Source: an uncultured Phycisphaerales bacterium (GTDB lineage Bacteria; Planctomycetota; Phycisphaerae; Tepidisphaerales; Tepidisphaeraceae). Taken from it: a stretch of 64,000 bases of DNA. Positions 50,723 to 63,616 of this stretch are shown here, one piece after another (position 1 is the stretch's first letter; each line of letters begins with the position of its first letter). The notes beneath the pieces were generated by a model, which saw only the letters and a program-made list of their open reading frames with translations, searched no databases and was not told where the DNA came from. The position numbers were made by a program, and so were the translations under genes. The stretch covers positions 928,001 through 992,000 of the forward strand of contig CAWJPJ010000006.1 in assembly GCA_963844715.1 (NCBI GenBank), written 5' to 3'.

Positions 50723-51400
50723 TTCCTCGGCGGCTGCTGGGGCGACTCCTGGCGAACCACGTCGATGATGCGCTGCACGACCTCGTCCTGGGTCATGCCG
50801 GTCGTGTCGATCACCCGCGCATCGGCCGGACGCGTAAGCGGGCCCACGCTTCGGCGCGAATCGCGCGTGTCTCGCTCGATAATCTGCCGCTGCAATTCCA
50901 GCATATCGACCACCTCCCCGCGAGCCCGCAATTGGGCGGCGCGGCGCCGGGCACGCTCGGCGGGTGCGGCGTCCAGATAAAATTTAAATTGCGCATCCGG
51001 AAATACCACCGACCCTTGATCCCGCCCCTCGGTAACCAGATTATGCCGCTGCGCGCCTATTTGCCGCTGCTGGGCGACGAGCAGTTGCCGGACTTCGGGC
51101 ACTTGCGCCACATACGAAACCGCGCCGGTCACCTCCCCTCCACGAAGCTGGGCGGTGACGTCATGTCCGTTAAGAAGTAGATTCGGCGGCTTCCTCGTGA
51201 AATCGAAAACGATTCTCGCCGAGCGCGATCAGCGCCAGCTCGCGCTGATCTTCAAGGCTCACCTTGCGGCGCAACGCCGCCAGGGCCACGGCGCGATACA
51301 TGGCGCCGGTATCCAGAAAATCAAAGTCTAATTTTTCGGCCACGGCGTGAGCCACCGTCGACTTTCCAGTGCCCGCCGGACCGTCAATTGTGATGATCAT
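50719..51400 (-). CDS. cmk: Cytidylate kinase, frameshifted
   Basis: [45 protein letters not shown]. Confidence 0.92.
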
Positions 51401-51943
51401 GAGCCAAACAAAGTCAGATAATGCGGAAATACACTTATGTCGCAAGTGCGCTCAGATTGTGTAATCAGGCAGTTAATGACATTTAGTCCGTTTAATATGG
51501 GCAAAAGATAGCAGGAATTAGGGGTTTTTTGCCCAAATTAACTCAAAATTTGGAATCGAAACAACTTTCGAGTCGATGAACATTGCGAATGAAGCATTGG
51601 GGTAAAAAGCGGCGAGAAATTTTTTCGATAGCTCGGAATTGTTCGTTGCAAACGCCGCCACGATACGCATTGTGTGAAATACACCTTTGACGACGGCGAT
51701 TTATCGCCTGGACCACAAAGGTGGCTCACAAACGATCGCCCGCTAGATCACTGGGGGCGACCACGCCAGGACGCGATTTGTTCTGCCGTTTGTGAGGGGA
51801 GAGAAAAACACGCACCCATGCCGATCGGGGTGGAGGACTGACCCCCCAACGTCGGTAGCGGCAACACGCTTTTAGTTAGCGCTGTCGAGCGCCACACGGT
51901 TGTTCCGTGGCCAGCAGCAGCGTCGTCATCACAGGAGGCCAAG

Positions 51944-54170
51944 ATGTATCGCACGACCAGGAAATACCGCAACGCCGTCGAAAGAACACGCCAGGCCGTT
52001 TTGGAGGGTCTGGAGATGCGGCAACTGCTCAGCGTCGTTTCAGTTTCAACCAACGCCCAGCTCGCCGCCGCCGTCGCCAGCGCAACCGCTGGAACCGAAA
52101 TCGACCTCGCCGCCGGCGATTACAACGGCTTTCAACTCTACCAACAAAACGGTACCGCCTCCGATCCAATCATCATCAAAGGCACGACCGGCACCGTCAT
52201 CAACGGCACGGCCGCCGATTACAACGGCGAAATTGACATCACCAGCTGTTCTTATATCACGCTCGAAGATCTCGACGTGGAAATGAACGACAACACCTCT
52301 GTCCGCGCCGGAATCTGGGGCGGCGGGTCGGCGGGAGACAATGTCAACGGAATCACCATCGAAGATTGCACCGTTGAGCACTCCGACATGTGGAATATCC
52401 TTCTTGGATTCACCAACAATTCCGTCATCAAGGACAACACACTCAACGGCACGCTGGGTCAGCACGACCTCTATATTGGAAACTCCAGCAACGACGACAC
52501 CATCGAAGGCAATTTGCTTGAAAACGCCAATGACTGCGGCCTGGAAATCAACGAGGACGGAACCCAGGGCGGTCCCGGCACCGGCGGCGGCATGATCGTC
52601 GATGGAAATACCATCGTCGGTTGCGGCAATTCCGCCGGCGCGTCGATCAACTTCGACGGCGTGCAGGATTCCATCATCGAAAACAACCTCATCTACGCCG
52701 GACAGCGCAACGGCATCGCCCTCTATCAGATCAACGGCAACGCCCCCTCCACCGGAAACACCATCGTGAACAACACGATCTATGTGAACTCCGCGGGTCC
52801 GGCGGGCTATGCCGCCATTTCGCTGATCGACGGTTCCGCCGATACAAAGATCTATAACAACGTCCTCAGCTCCGCGGAAAATTCGCTCAGCATCTCCGCG
52901 GATTCCCAAGTCGGCTTGCAAAGCGATTACAACATATTTAGCTCCGCTGCTATCGATCCAACCGGTAACGGCGACTACACCCTGACCTCCTTCGGCGGAA
53001 CCGCCATTACGCTCTCCGCCTGGCAGGGGATGGGATACGACAAGCACTCCATCGAGGTCGACAACATCGCGGGCCTGTTCGTCAACGCCGGCAGTGGAAA
53101 CTTCCAGCTCGCCAGCGGCAGCGCTGCAATCGGCGCCGCTCTGTCGACCATGGCGCCCGTAACTGACATGCTCGGTAACGCGCGTCCCACCAACGGGTCG
53201 TACGACATCGGCGCCTACCAGTATGATGGCACGCCGTCCAGCAGTTCAGGAACCGGCTCCAGCGGATCGGGATCCAGTTCAAGCGGTTCCGGGTCCAGCG
53301 GCTCCGGTTCAAGCTCCAGCGGCTCAGGCTCAAGTTCGAGCGGATCAGGCAGCAGTTCGAGCGGGTCCGGTTCCAGCTCTAGCGGCTCAGGATCGAGTTC
53401 AAGCGGCTCAGGATCGAGTTCGAGCGGTTCGGGCAGCAGTTCCAGCGGTTCCGGGTCCAGCTCAAGCGGGTCAGGTTCCAGTTCGAGCGGCTCGGGCAGT
53501 AGTACCAGTGGTTCCGGCTCCAGTTCCAGTGGTTCCGGTTCAAGCTCCAGCGGCTCGGGCAGCAGCTCCAGCGGTTCGGGATCCAGCTCGAGCGGCTCCG
53601 GTTCGAGTTCCAGCGGCTCAGGTTCGAAGAGTTCGTCTTCTCCGCCGGTCATGGGTCCGGCCGCGCCGACCGATCTCGAAGCCCTGGCCAAGTGGACCGG
53701 GACCGTCGAACTACAGTGGTCCGACACCGGCGCCAACGTCGATCATTACGATATCGAGTCGCAGCGCCGACGGCGTCACCTACAACGTGATCGGCACCAG
53801 CACCGGTTTGTTCTACTCCGACGACACCGCGGCTGCCGGCGTGCCTTACGCCTATGAAGTGGTCGCCGTCGATTCCGCCGGGAACCTCTCAGCGGCGTCG
53901 AACGCAGTCGGCGTCACGCCCGTCGCGGGCGGCGATCCCACCGATCAGGGCAAGTTTACCAGCCAGGACTGGGACAGTGCCCCGCCGTCCGATCTGGTCA
54001 GCGCCAGTGCCGGCCCCTCGGCGGTGGTCTCGGATTCGGCCAGAACGACCAGCAAAACGACGGCCGGCAGCACCCCGGTCGCCAGCGACTCCTCCAACAA
54101 CACCCAGCCGAAGGACAAGTGGAGCCGGTGGGGCAAACGCGGCGGCGGCTGGTATTGGAAATGGTCCTAA
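51944..54170 (+). CDS. Secreted right-handed beta-helix protein with Ser/Gly linker and FN3-like domain; frameshift near 53762
   Basis: LEGLEMRQLLS motif, PbH1-like repeats, YDIGAYQY, (GSGSSSS)n, APTDL...YEVVAVDSAGN. Confidence 0.8.
53238..53640 (+). repeat. Coding tandem repeat (GSGSSSS, about 17 units)
   Basis: 21-nt period with varied synonymous codons. Confidence 0.9.
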
Positions 54171-54198
54171 GCCGATTCCAATCAGGTTTCTGAAATAG

Positions 54199-54235
54199 AA
54201 AAGACGACCCCCCGAAAAGGGGTCGTCTTTTTTTC
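54199..54235. terminator. Bidirectional intrinsic terminator
   Basis: AAAAGACGACCCC-CCGAAAA-GGGGTCGTCTTTTTT between convergent genes. Confidence 0.85.
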
Positions 54236-54265
54236 TTTGAAATATCTGTCGCGTGCGGCTTTGAG

Positions 54266-56780
54266 CTACCCGTTGGCTTTTTCCAGCGTGGGCAATGCCG
54301 CCGGCGCGGCGGGAGTTATCTGCTGATATCGGACCGCGACGTTGGAAATCAATTCGTAATCGCGAGCCTGGTCCACCGGCCCCTTGTATCCGTCCTCCGC
54401 CGCGCGGGCGAGGTTATACATCTCTCGAGCGGTGACATAGTGAAAATAAAAATGGCTGTCGAACATCGCGCGCGCCGCAAGGGCCGTATGAAATTTGCAG
54501 ATCGCCTCGCCGAGCAGGATCTTTCGATTCGCCTCCGGAGCGCCATGCGTGTGCAGCTTCACAAAATACCAATCCGGCCGCGTCGGAACCTGCACGCTTG
54601 CCTTGATCCACAAGTTCAACCGATCCATCGATGGCGACTGATTCGCCTGAATGCACCCATTTTCAACGCGCGGGAAGATTCCCATCTTGCGCTGCCCCCA
54701 ATTCAGCATCAGCGGGCCCTGTATCATCATCAGCCCCCCCTCGGGCCGGGGCCCGGAGCCGACGTCAACCCCGCTTTCGTGCGAACGCGGGCACCCGTCC
54801 TCCACGGCGTAATAAATGCTATTGATCTTTCGAACCTGCGTCGAATTGGGCGCGGACGGAAGCGTGAAATCGGCGTAGCAGCCCGTCTGGCGAAGCACGT
54901 CGATCTCGTCATCAACCCCGCACCAGCGCCGATCCGGGCGTGAATTATCCAGCGCCCAGTTCCCGTGAACGAAGCCGTACATGATCCCGCCATCGCGGCG
55001 GTGCGTGCAAAGCAGGCCAAATCGATCCGCCAGCATGTGCGCATAGCGGAGAAGCTGGCGGCGCAGGTTCTCGGACGTATCTCGGTCGTGGTGGAGGTGC
55101 ACCTCAACCTCGCCGTACCCCGCCCGGCAAAGCTCCGAGAGCATCGACATCTCCGCCGCGTCAAACTGCTCCAGCGGATAGAAAAACGTATGACGAGGCG
55201 GCTTGCCGTCGCTGTCGCGGTACTTGGACAGCATCAACGGGTAATCCTCGTACCACCGCCGCACCCGCTCCATCGCGCGATCCGGCGAGACGTTGCCATT
55301 CTGCGGCTCATAGTGATCCGCGATACACAACAGCACGTGAATTTCCTTCGATTTTCTGCGCGCGGGCGAAACGAGGCTACCAGATACGGCCCGATCCAGC
55401 GATGAACGTTCCGGTTGTACGCCGCCCGCAAAACCGACGCGATCCCCACCAGCCCCAGCGCCGCCGCCGCGCTGGCCCAGATCTTCCCGCTCAAATCGCT
55501 GTGTGATAGCGAATGATTCCAGTTCGGCGCCACCAGCCCCCCGGCCGTATTGTCCCCCGTGCGCTGATACGCTCCGATGGCAGGATGCTTCGCATCGATC
55601 GGCGTCTTCCCCTCGATATCCTTCGCCGGCGCGTGATCGGGCGATCCCGCGTTCTGCTCCGGGCTCGCCTCCACAAGGTGGTAATCCCCCTTGTCCAGAT
55701 TCGCGAACATTCCCTCCGGCGTCGCCAGCATCGAATGCGAGTCCTGCCCGGTCGCCTGCTGCCAGTCCTGGAGCGTCAAAGTGGAATCCCCGCCGTCCGC
55801 GCTGAATCGATCCGTCACGGCGTTAAAATCGCTGGTGAATCCCACCTTGCTGTCCCCGTCCACGCTCAACCCGCCGTTACGCTTGCTGTACGTCAGGATG
55901 ATGTTGTTCCCCACGTAAATTCCCGACGCATCGTCTTTGATGCTGATCGCCCACCGCGCGTTTTCCGCCATGACGATGGTGTTGTTGACGACGGTGTCAT
56001 CCTTCGGCGGCGCCGCCCCGTCGTGGCGATAGAGGGCAATCCCGGCGGAGTGATTGTTGTAAATGAGATTATCCTCGATGGTCGATTGCTCAACGCCGTC
56101 GAAGTTAATCGCCGCCCCCCCGCCGACTCCGTTGTTGAAGATAATGTTCCCGGATACCAGCGCTCCCGTGATGATGCCCGTCCCGCCCTGGGTGGCATCG
56201 GAATTGATCTGAATGCCGCAGTCGCGATTGTCCGCGACCACGTTGTTCCGGATGATCGGATTGGTCGCGCTGTTGCCGACATAAATGCCGTGCTGCTGGA
56301 TTGAGCCGGTGACGGTGTTGCTTTCGATGTCCACATTGGTGCTGAAACCTGTGAGGATTCCCCACACACCCGAACCATCGATGTGATTATCGAAAATGCG
56401 AACGCCCTGATCCTGCACCGCGCGGATGCCGGCGCGGGGGATTCCGGCCACGGTAAATCCCTCAATCAGCGCAAAGCTCGCCCCTTCCAGATTAATTCCA
56501 TCCGGCGTGTGGGGATTGGCGCGTTGATGACGACCCCGCTGGCCGCGGCAAAAGAGATGGGCTGGTCCGCCGTCCCGCTGGTCGAAAGCTGAAATCCGGA
56601 ATATTGCCCGGGAAGAACGGTCACCGAGTCGCCCGGCGCGACCGAATCCGCGGCGTGTTGCAACGTCGCCCAGGGCAAATCGGGCGTACCCGGGTTGGTA
56701 TCGCTCCCGGTCGGCGAGACAACATAATTGGTGAACAACCGCCGCTTCTCCAACGCTTCCGCGCAAGGCACGCTCCTCAT
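54266..56780 (-). CDS. Secreted beta-helix + TM + ADHYEP-type (putative carbohydrate esterase/hydrolase) fusion; frameshifts near 56515 and 55340
   Basis: AEALEKRRLF motif, beta-helix repeats, TM WASAAAALGLVGIASV, then CIADHYEP, EVHLHH, FVHGNWALDN, VKLHTHG. Confidence 0.65.
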
Positions 56781-57976
56781 GCCGCCTCCGCGTGGTGAGC
56801 GGATTCGGCGCGGCGATGGGTTCGCTTCCATGTTCCCCCGCGGCGACCGAATAACCATTGCACGTATCCCGCAAAAAGTGCCGCGTTCATCCCGACGAAC
56901 ATCGCCGCCAGGCGGAGCGGTTTAAAGATTCCGATCCGCGGCGGCAGAAGCGCCGACGCGACGCTGCATAAATAAAATCCGATTTGCAGGCCCAGCATCC
57001 AGCGAAACACCGGGCGGTTCAAGAGCAAAAGATTGGTCCCAATCAACAATAGCATCAGAAACGGACAGAGCCAACGCAGGATTTTGTGTGAAAAAAAGAC
57101 CAGCGCCACCCAGCCGCGAAATGGATTCAGTAACGGCCATAACACTGCCAGAGATTGTACCCCCCCGCCGCCGATTCTGCGCGACGTGAAAATTCTGCAC
57201 CCAGATCAGGGGGAGTCAGTTCGTAAGCCGTAGCGCGATCTTCATAAATAATTTCCCCTCCGTATTTCAGCCGCGCCACCAGCGGTATCACAAAATCGTC
57301 GATTCGCGTTTCCGGAGGTATGGGAACGAACTGCTCTCGCCGCATCGCATAAATCGCGCCGTTCGACCCGAGCAATGCTCCCAAGCGCCCTTCGCTGCGC
57401 TTGAGGAACGTTTCATATTTCCAGTACATGCTGTCGGCGTTTTTTCCCGTGACCGGATCGGTGAGCAGCAATCGCCCGCAAACCGTGATGATCCCGGGAT
57501 CACTCAGCCACCCAACAAGCTGTCGGATCGCGTCGCGGGTGTAATTCGTGTTGGCGTCCGAAAGGACCACCACCGACCCGCGAAGTTGCGGTATCGAGTT
57601 GTTCAGCGCCGTGGCTTTGCCGAGATTTTCGGGATATTCGATCAGCCGGACGCCGCGACCCTCATAAGTTCGCACGATCGCGCACGTTTCGTCGCTCGAT
57701 CCGTCCGAGGCCACCGCGATTTCCAATTTCTCGCGCGGGTAATCGCTGTCCAGCGCATTGTCGATCCGCCGGGCGATCACCTCCTGCTCGTTGTGGGCGC
57801 AAATCAGCAGCGAAACCTGCGGCAATTCCGACTCCGCCGGCGTCGGGCGCTTCCCGCTTGGGCGCAAATAGCCCCGACGCGATCCGAATCAGCACCGGGT
57901 AAGCGCCGTAGCAATAAAAGACGCCGCCCAGACAACTCCAAAAGGCGGCGGCGAGCATGGTTTGCAAGGTCGTCAT
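56777..57976 (-). CDS. GT2 glycosyltransferase (IcaA/cellulose synthase-like), two frameshifts
   Basis: ICAHNE, SDGSSD, SDAN, DDF, FFSHKILRW. Confidence 0.85.
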
Positions 57977-60046
57977 GGCGCGACCGTTTCCATCGTGACT
58001 TTCGGCGCCGGTTCCGTCGGCTCGTGCGGCTCGATAGGTGGGGCCGCCTCGCGCCCCAGAACATCCACCCGGCAATACCACTGCGGCAAAAGATTCGCGT
58101 GCACGCTGCGGAATCGCAAATGGCTCAAAGCGCTATGCAACCGGTACCGCGACAGCGGCGATTGCCGCCTCAGAATCCCCAGCAGCAACTCGGAAACCCC
58201 GCCGAGAGTGAACACCACCGAGCGCGCGACCCTTAGAACTTTCGCCTCCGGCGGAAGGAGGTGCCGCAGCACTTCATTTTGCGTCGGCTGGCGATCATTG
58301 ACGAGTTGGATGATCTCGCCCGATCGAATATCCGCGGAAGCCGATTGAACGATCGCCTCAACGACGTCGTCCACATGAATCAGCGGCAGCCGCAGAGTCC
58401 CGTCCCCAAGAACCACCCAACGTCCCCCCATTTTCCGCGCCACCGCCCCCGTCAGCAGCGGCATCTTCGGCCCAAAAATCTGCCCGGGACGCAAAATCAC
58501 CGCCGGCAAACCATGATCGCGCACCGCGCGGCTCACCGCCTGCTCGGCTTCCAATTTCGCTCGCGTATAACTTCCCCGCTTATCCGGGTGTGGCTCCAGC
58601 GGCGAATCTTCATCCACCGTCTTCTCGTTCTGCCCCGCCCAGTCGATGACCGACATCGAACTGATGTGAACCAGCTTCACCACGCGATGTTTCAAACACG
58701 CGTCGATAATATTCTGTGTGCCGATCACCGTGCCCCGTTCGTGCTCCATCCACGGCCCTTTCATCGCCGCCCCCGCATGAATGACCAGGCTCGCCCCCTT
58801 CACGGCACGATCCACCGCCGCGGCATCGCCCAGATCGCCCAAGGCGACCTCCACGTTTTCAGGAACCACCGCCGGCGGGCGACGCACCAGAATTCGCACC
58901 TGCTCCCCGGACTGGAGAAGTTTCTCGACAATCGCGCTGCCTAGACCCCCGGAAGCCCCCGTCACCAGCACCGGAACTTCGTCGCTCAACGTCAATGTCG
59001 AAATGCGCTCCGCATATTCGGCGTCCGCCGCCCGGGCGATTTTCTCCGTCCATTCCACCGGCGCAATCGCCTGCCGCGGTGTCACCGGCGCCGGCTCCCC
59101 CTTTTCGATCGCTTCATAAAACGCGGCCACCAAATCCTGAAGGCCGTGGTACGGCAACGCGCGCTTCGTGATAAACGACGCGACGCCGATCGGTACGTCG
59201 ATCATCGGCTTGAGCGATTCGGACATCGCATTGAGCACGCGCTCCGCCGCCTTCGGCACCGGCAAATTCGCCCGCTTCGTCTGGTACATCGCAAAGAGAT
59301 CAACCCGCAAAATCCCCTTCGTCCCCTGGATAATCATCTGGTTCTGTAGCGGTCGGACGTTCCACGAGAGATGCACCTGCCCCACGCCGCCCTTGCAGCG
59401 CACCTGCGCTCGCCAATCGTCGTAGGCAAGATTCGGATCGCCGCCAAGGCTGCGCCAATCCGCCGTGACGTTCTCGATCTCCCCGAGAAATGCTTCCAGC
59501 AGATACAGCGCATGAATTCCCAAATCGCGGAAGGGATACCCAGCGTTGCGATATTGCGGCGGCAATGGCCCGGGCCCAAATGGCGGGTACGTCGATGCCC
59601 GGAAGATATCCACCCCAACGATTTTCCCGAGCTTGCCGCTTTTGGCGGTATTGATCGCCTTGCGAATTTGCGGATCGAACAGAAGCGAATGATTGACGCA
59701 GACGAGCTTGCCGACGGTCTCCGACGCTTCCTGAATCCGCCGGCAATCCTCCACGTCCACCGCCAGCGGCTTTTCCACCAGCACGTGCCGTCCAAGTTCC
59801 AGCGCTCGCAGCGTAATCTTCGCATGCGAATCCGGAGGCGTCAGCACGTGAATGACATCCGCCCCCGCCTGCACGGCGTCCTCCAGCGAAGCGAGTATCG
59901 GAATATCGAACTTATGAGCGATCGCCTGGCGCGCGCGATTCGTTCAGATCGCTCACGCCGACGATCTCCACGCCGATGCGCCGAAGCGCCGCGACGTGGT
60001 ATTCGCAAATGTATCCCGCCCCAACCAGAGCGGCTTTGAAATTCAT
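57973..60046 (-). CDS. Gfo/Idh/MocA oxidoreductase fused to an NAD-dependent epimerase; N-terminal frameshift
   Basis: ALVGAGYI, HVLVEKP, DLGIH; then LVTGASGGLG, YTRAK. Confidence 0.85.
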
Positions 60047-61263
60047 GTCCGACATTTTTGACCGTTGATCTCCATCACTTTAGCCGCCGTGTGGGCAACC
60101 TTCGTCGCCCAATCCTCGCCGGCCATCAAATCGCTCCGCCGCCGGCGCCCTTCGGGGGTGTCCCCAGCGATCGCTGCAGCGGCGGCACGCTCAAAGTCCT
60201 CGTAATTCTCGGCAACCACAACATTGGGAGCATACTCCCTCGCCTCGGGCAATGCCGTGCATACCACGGGCAATCCGGCGGCGAGATACTCCCGCAGCTT
60301 CAGCGGGTTCATATGAATCGTCAATTCCGTAACCTTTTGTGGGATAATGCCCACCGTCATTCCCTTGCAGTACATCGGCAGGGAATCGTGCGGTCTGACC
60401 CCCAAAAAATGCACGTTCCCCAGCCGCGAAAGCCCGGAAATATCCGTCATGGTTTTACCAATGAGGGCGATCGACCATTCCGGATGCCGTTTGGCCAAAA
60501 ACGCGATCAATTCCAGGTCCACCCAGTTCTGAATCGTCCCGTAAAACCCGAGCACAGGCTGCTGCAAACGAGCCATCTCCTCCGGCACTTTTGTCGATTC
60601 CGATAGTGCGGTGCGGAAGAGTTCGACATCCACTCCGTGGCGGGCCAAAAACGTCCGCGGATTATATTTTTTCTTCGACTCAACCAGCGACGCCGACGTT
60701 GCGAACACCACGTCCACCTTCCGGCAAAGCCGTTCTTCCGCCGCCGCCAGACGCGCCCCGTCCACGTACGAAAACTTCGACCACTCATCCACGCAATAAT
60801 AGACCGAGACCGATTCCCCCATTCGCCCAATATAATCCCCCACCGTCGGCAGAAACGACCAGAGCTGAAAATCCTTCATCCCCAATTTAAGCCGCAGGAT
60901 TTTGAGCGTCGTCCGCAAAATCATCCGATTGATCGCCGCCGCAAAACGATTATGCGGCAGCGGAATCACAATCGGCGAATAAACCCACAAATTGGGCCGA
61001 ACTTCCTTCGCCCCCCGGAAAAATCCCGCCAGCTTCCGAAACACCTTCTTGATATCGCGCCCGCTGGCAAAGTTCGGCGCACGCGTCGCCACGGAATTAA
61101 GCCACAGAACCCTGTTCCGTTTCGAGAGCGCCGCCATCACATGATTGTTGCTCGTCGGCGTTTCAAACCAATCCCGCGCGAAACAGACCACGTTCTCCCC
61201 CGCCATCTCGTGAGCGGGGGAAAATTCGGTTGGCTCCGGCATGGTTTCGTGGCGTTTAAACAT
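60043..61263 (-). CDS. GT4 glycosyltransferase (TuaH-like)
   Basis: YYCVDEW, HGVD, NPLKLREYLAAGLPVV. Confidence 0.87.
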   Translation of the reverse strand: MFKRHETMPEPTEFSPAHEMAGENVVCFARDWFETPTSNNHVMAALSKRNRVLWLNSVATRAPNFASGRDIKKVFRKLAGFFRGAKEVRPNLWVYSPIVIPLPHNRFAAAINRMILRTTLKILRLKLGMKDFQLWSFLPTVGDYIGRMGESVSVYYCVDEWSKFSYVDGARLAAAEERLCRKVDVVFATSASLVESKKKYNPRTFLARHGVDVELFRTALSESTKVPEEMARLQQPVLGFYGTIQNWVDLELIAFLAKRHPEWSIALIGKTMTDISGLSRLGNVHFLGVRPHDSLPMYCKGMTVGIIPQKVTELTIHMNPLKLREYLAAGLPVVCTALPEAREYAPNVVVAENYEDFERAAAAAIAGDTPEGRRRRSDLMAGEDWATKVAHTAAKVMEINGQKCRT

Positions 61264-62510
61264 CACGCGGATTTGAGCGAAGCCCCAGAGTAACCCTCCC
61301 GCTCCACGGGAGTTTTACCGAAAGATAAAATTCGCGACAGCGCTTCGGCGGATTCATCCCAATCCGGCAAATGCGCGGATGCACTCGCAGGCTTTCCCAT
61401 GGCCGCTTGCATCGCCCCGGCCAGCGCTTCGGGATCTTTCGGCGGGACCAGAAGATCCCCATCGCCGGCAATCTCGCCAATTCCGCCCACGTCCGTCGAG
61501 ATAAACCGCGTCCCGCACGCCAACGACTCACGCAGCACGTTCGGCAGTCCCTCGCTATGGCTCGTCATCACGGTGCGATCGGCAGCGCGATAATACTCCG
61601 CGATCTCCCGAGCGTTTTTTCCCCCCGCGAAGGAGACGTTTTGCGTCAATCCCAGCCGCGCCGCGCTGCTTTCCAACGCGCCTCGCAATGGCCCATCGCC
61701 AACAATGATCATGCGAAATTTGCACCCGCGATCCGCCAGAATGCGGCACGCCGCCAAAAAGATGTCGATGCCTTTCACGGGCACAAGTCTGGCCACCATA
61801 AGGAAAAGCGGATCGGACGTTTCAACCCCCAGATTCTTTCGCGCCGCCTGCTTGTCTGCCGGATGGAATATCGCCGCGTCCACCCCTTGCGACCAAACAT
61901 GCACTTTCCCCGCTTGAATACCCAGCGCTTCCACAGCCGATTTGAGCTGCCGGCTGACCGTGACAACCGCATCCGCCGCCGCAAGCGCAGCCGTTACGGC
62001 GCTTTTCCGAGATGAATCCTGAGGCAGAAGCAGCACATCCGACCCCCCGACGATGATCGCCGATGGCGCCCCCAGTTTTTTCGCAATGACATTCCCCGCC
62101 GCGCCATCAGGGTGGGCCCAGTACGAGAGCACCGCGTCAGGCCGCCAATTCTCGCACGCAGCCGCCGCCGCGCCGCGAACGGACCAGTTCATCCAGCGGT
62201 GATAAGTCGAGCGGAAGAATTTCGGGGGATAGACGTAAGTCGGCCGCCAGACCGGAAAATCGGGCGTGTCAATCGACGTGGAAGAGGCTGTCCATCGCGT
62301 CGGCCAAGCAATCGGCGCAATCACGCGCAAATCGTGCCGCCGCGAAATCGCCGCCGCAAGCGCAAGGTTGAACGGCCCGCGCGTCGGCAGTTGGGGCGAA
62401 GGAAAATCGCTGGCCAGAAAGAGAATTCGCATCGGCTCATCAGCACTTTTGCGCAGGGGGGCCGCACAGGGCCCGGTATTCGTCGTCGTATCGCTGCGCG
62501 GTTCGGGCAA
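61263..62510 (-). CDS. GT4 glycosyltransferase (TuaC-like)
   Basis: YWAHPDG, GSDV, SEGLPNVLRESLACG; start uncertain. Confidence 0.87.
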   Translation of the reverse strand: MPEPRSDTTTNTGPCAAPLRKSADEPMRILFLASDFPSPQLPTRGPFNLALAAAISRRHDLRVIAPIAWPTRWTASSTSIDTPDFPVWRPTYVYPPKFFRSTYHRWMNWSVRGAAAAACENWRPDAVLSYWAHPDGAAGNVIAKKLGAPSAIIVGGSDVLLLPQDSSRKSAVTAALAAADAVVTVSRQLKSAVEALGIQAGKVHVWSQGVDAAIFHPADKQAARKNLGVETSDPLFLMVARLVPVKGIDIFLAACRILADRGCKFRMIIVGDGPLRGALESSAARLGLTQNVSFAGGKNAREIAEYYRAADRTVMTSHSEGLPNVLRESLACGTRFISTDVGGIGEIAGDGDLLVPPKDPEALAGAMQAAMGKPASASAHLPDWDESAEALSRILSFGKTPVEREGYSGASLKSA

Positions 62511-63616
62511 GACTGTATTCCGTCTCCACCCGCCGCCGCCCCTCCGCCGCCAGATCCGACGCCAGTTTATGATTCGATATCACTTCCAGCATCGCCGCCG
62601 CCAGTTCCGTTTCGTGTCCCGCCGGAACCAGAATTCCGTTGCGCCGCTGCTCGATAATCTCCGGGAGCCCCCCCACCTGAAACGCCACCACCGGCTTCCG
62701 CGCCGCCCACGCCTCCAGAACCGACAGCGGCATCCCCTCCGACGCGCTGCTCAGCGCGAACAAATCCATCGCCGCCAAGTATTTCTGCGGCTTGTCCTGA
62801 TACCCCGCAAAATGCACCGCATCCGCCAGGCCCAGTTTCCACGCGAGCTTGACCAAATCCGTCCGCCGCGGCCCGTCGCCAACCAGAAGAAGATGAACAT
62901 CCGCATTTTGACGGCGCAAGCGAGCCAATCCCCGAATCAGCACATCCTGCCGCTTCACATCGCTCAGCCGCCCCACCGTTCCAATGACCGCCGCGCCCAG
63001 CGGAATCCCCATCTCCGTTCGAACCTCCGCGGCATGCCCCGGATCGATCGCTTCCATGTCGATCCCGTTGCGCACCACGCTCAATTTTGAAGTTCCCACG
63101 ATGCGCCATCCCGCGACTTCCGCCGCGATGTCGCTGCTGACGCAAAAGAATTTCTTCGCATATCGCCCCGCCCAGCGGCCCAGCCAGCGGGTGCGGAATC
63201 GGCGGGCATAATTCTTTCCGTGCTCGGTATGAACGACCTGCCCGATCCCGGTCCGCTTCGATGCCCGCCCCGCGTAAAACAGTGCGGTCACCTGATGCGT
63301 GTGAATGATGTCGGGGCGATGCTCCTTCAGTAAAGCCGCGATCGGCTTGACGATGCTCGGATGCAAACCGGGGGCTTTATTGACGCAATAAACCTTCGCC
63401 CCCAGCTTTTCGCATTCCTCCGCCAGATCGCCCCGCCGTTCGAGGCACAGCACCGACGGAATCTGCCCCAGGCTCGCGGACCGCGAGACAAGCGCCAGCA
63501 CCACGCGCCTCCAGTCCCCCCACGTCGAGCGAAAGCACCACGTGCATGACGCGCAGCAGCTTCCCGCCGCCGCCCGGCAGAGCCGATGAATCGGGGATGG
63601 TGGGAACTGCGCTCAT
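62440..63616 (-). CDS. GT4 glycosyltransferase; frameshift near 63510
   Basis: RVMHVVLSLDVGGLE then HTEHG, GRLSDVKRQ, SEGMPLSVLEA. Confidence 0.87.

Noticed and set aside
51480..51940. Possible riboswitch in the long leader of the beta-helix gene
   Set aside because: Only generic hairpins (for example GGGCAAAA/TTTTGCCC); no consensus I can identify without an Rfam search
53238..53640. CRISPR-like periodicity
   Set aside because: It is an in-frame Ser/Gly coding repeat with no unique spacers; no cas genes in the window
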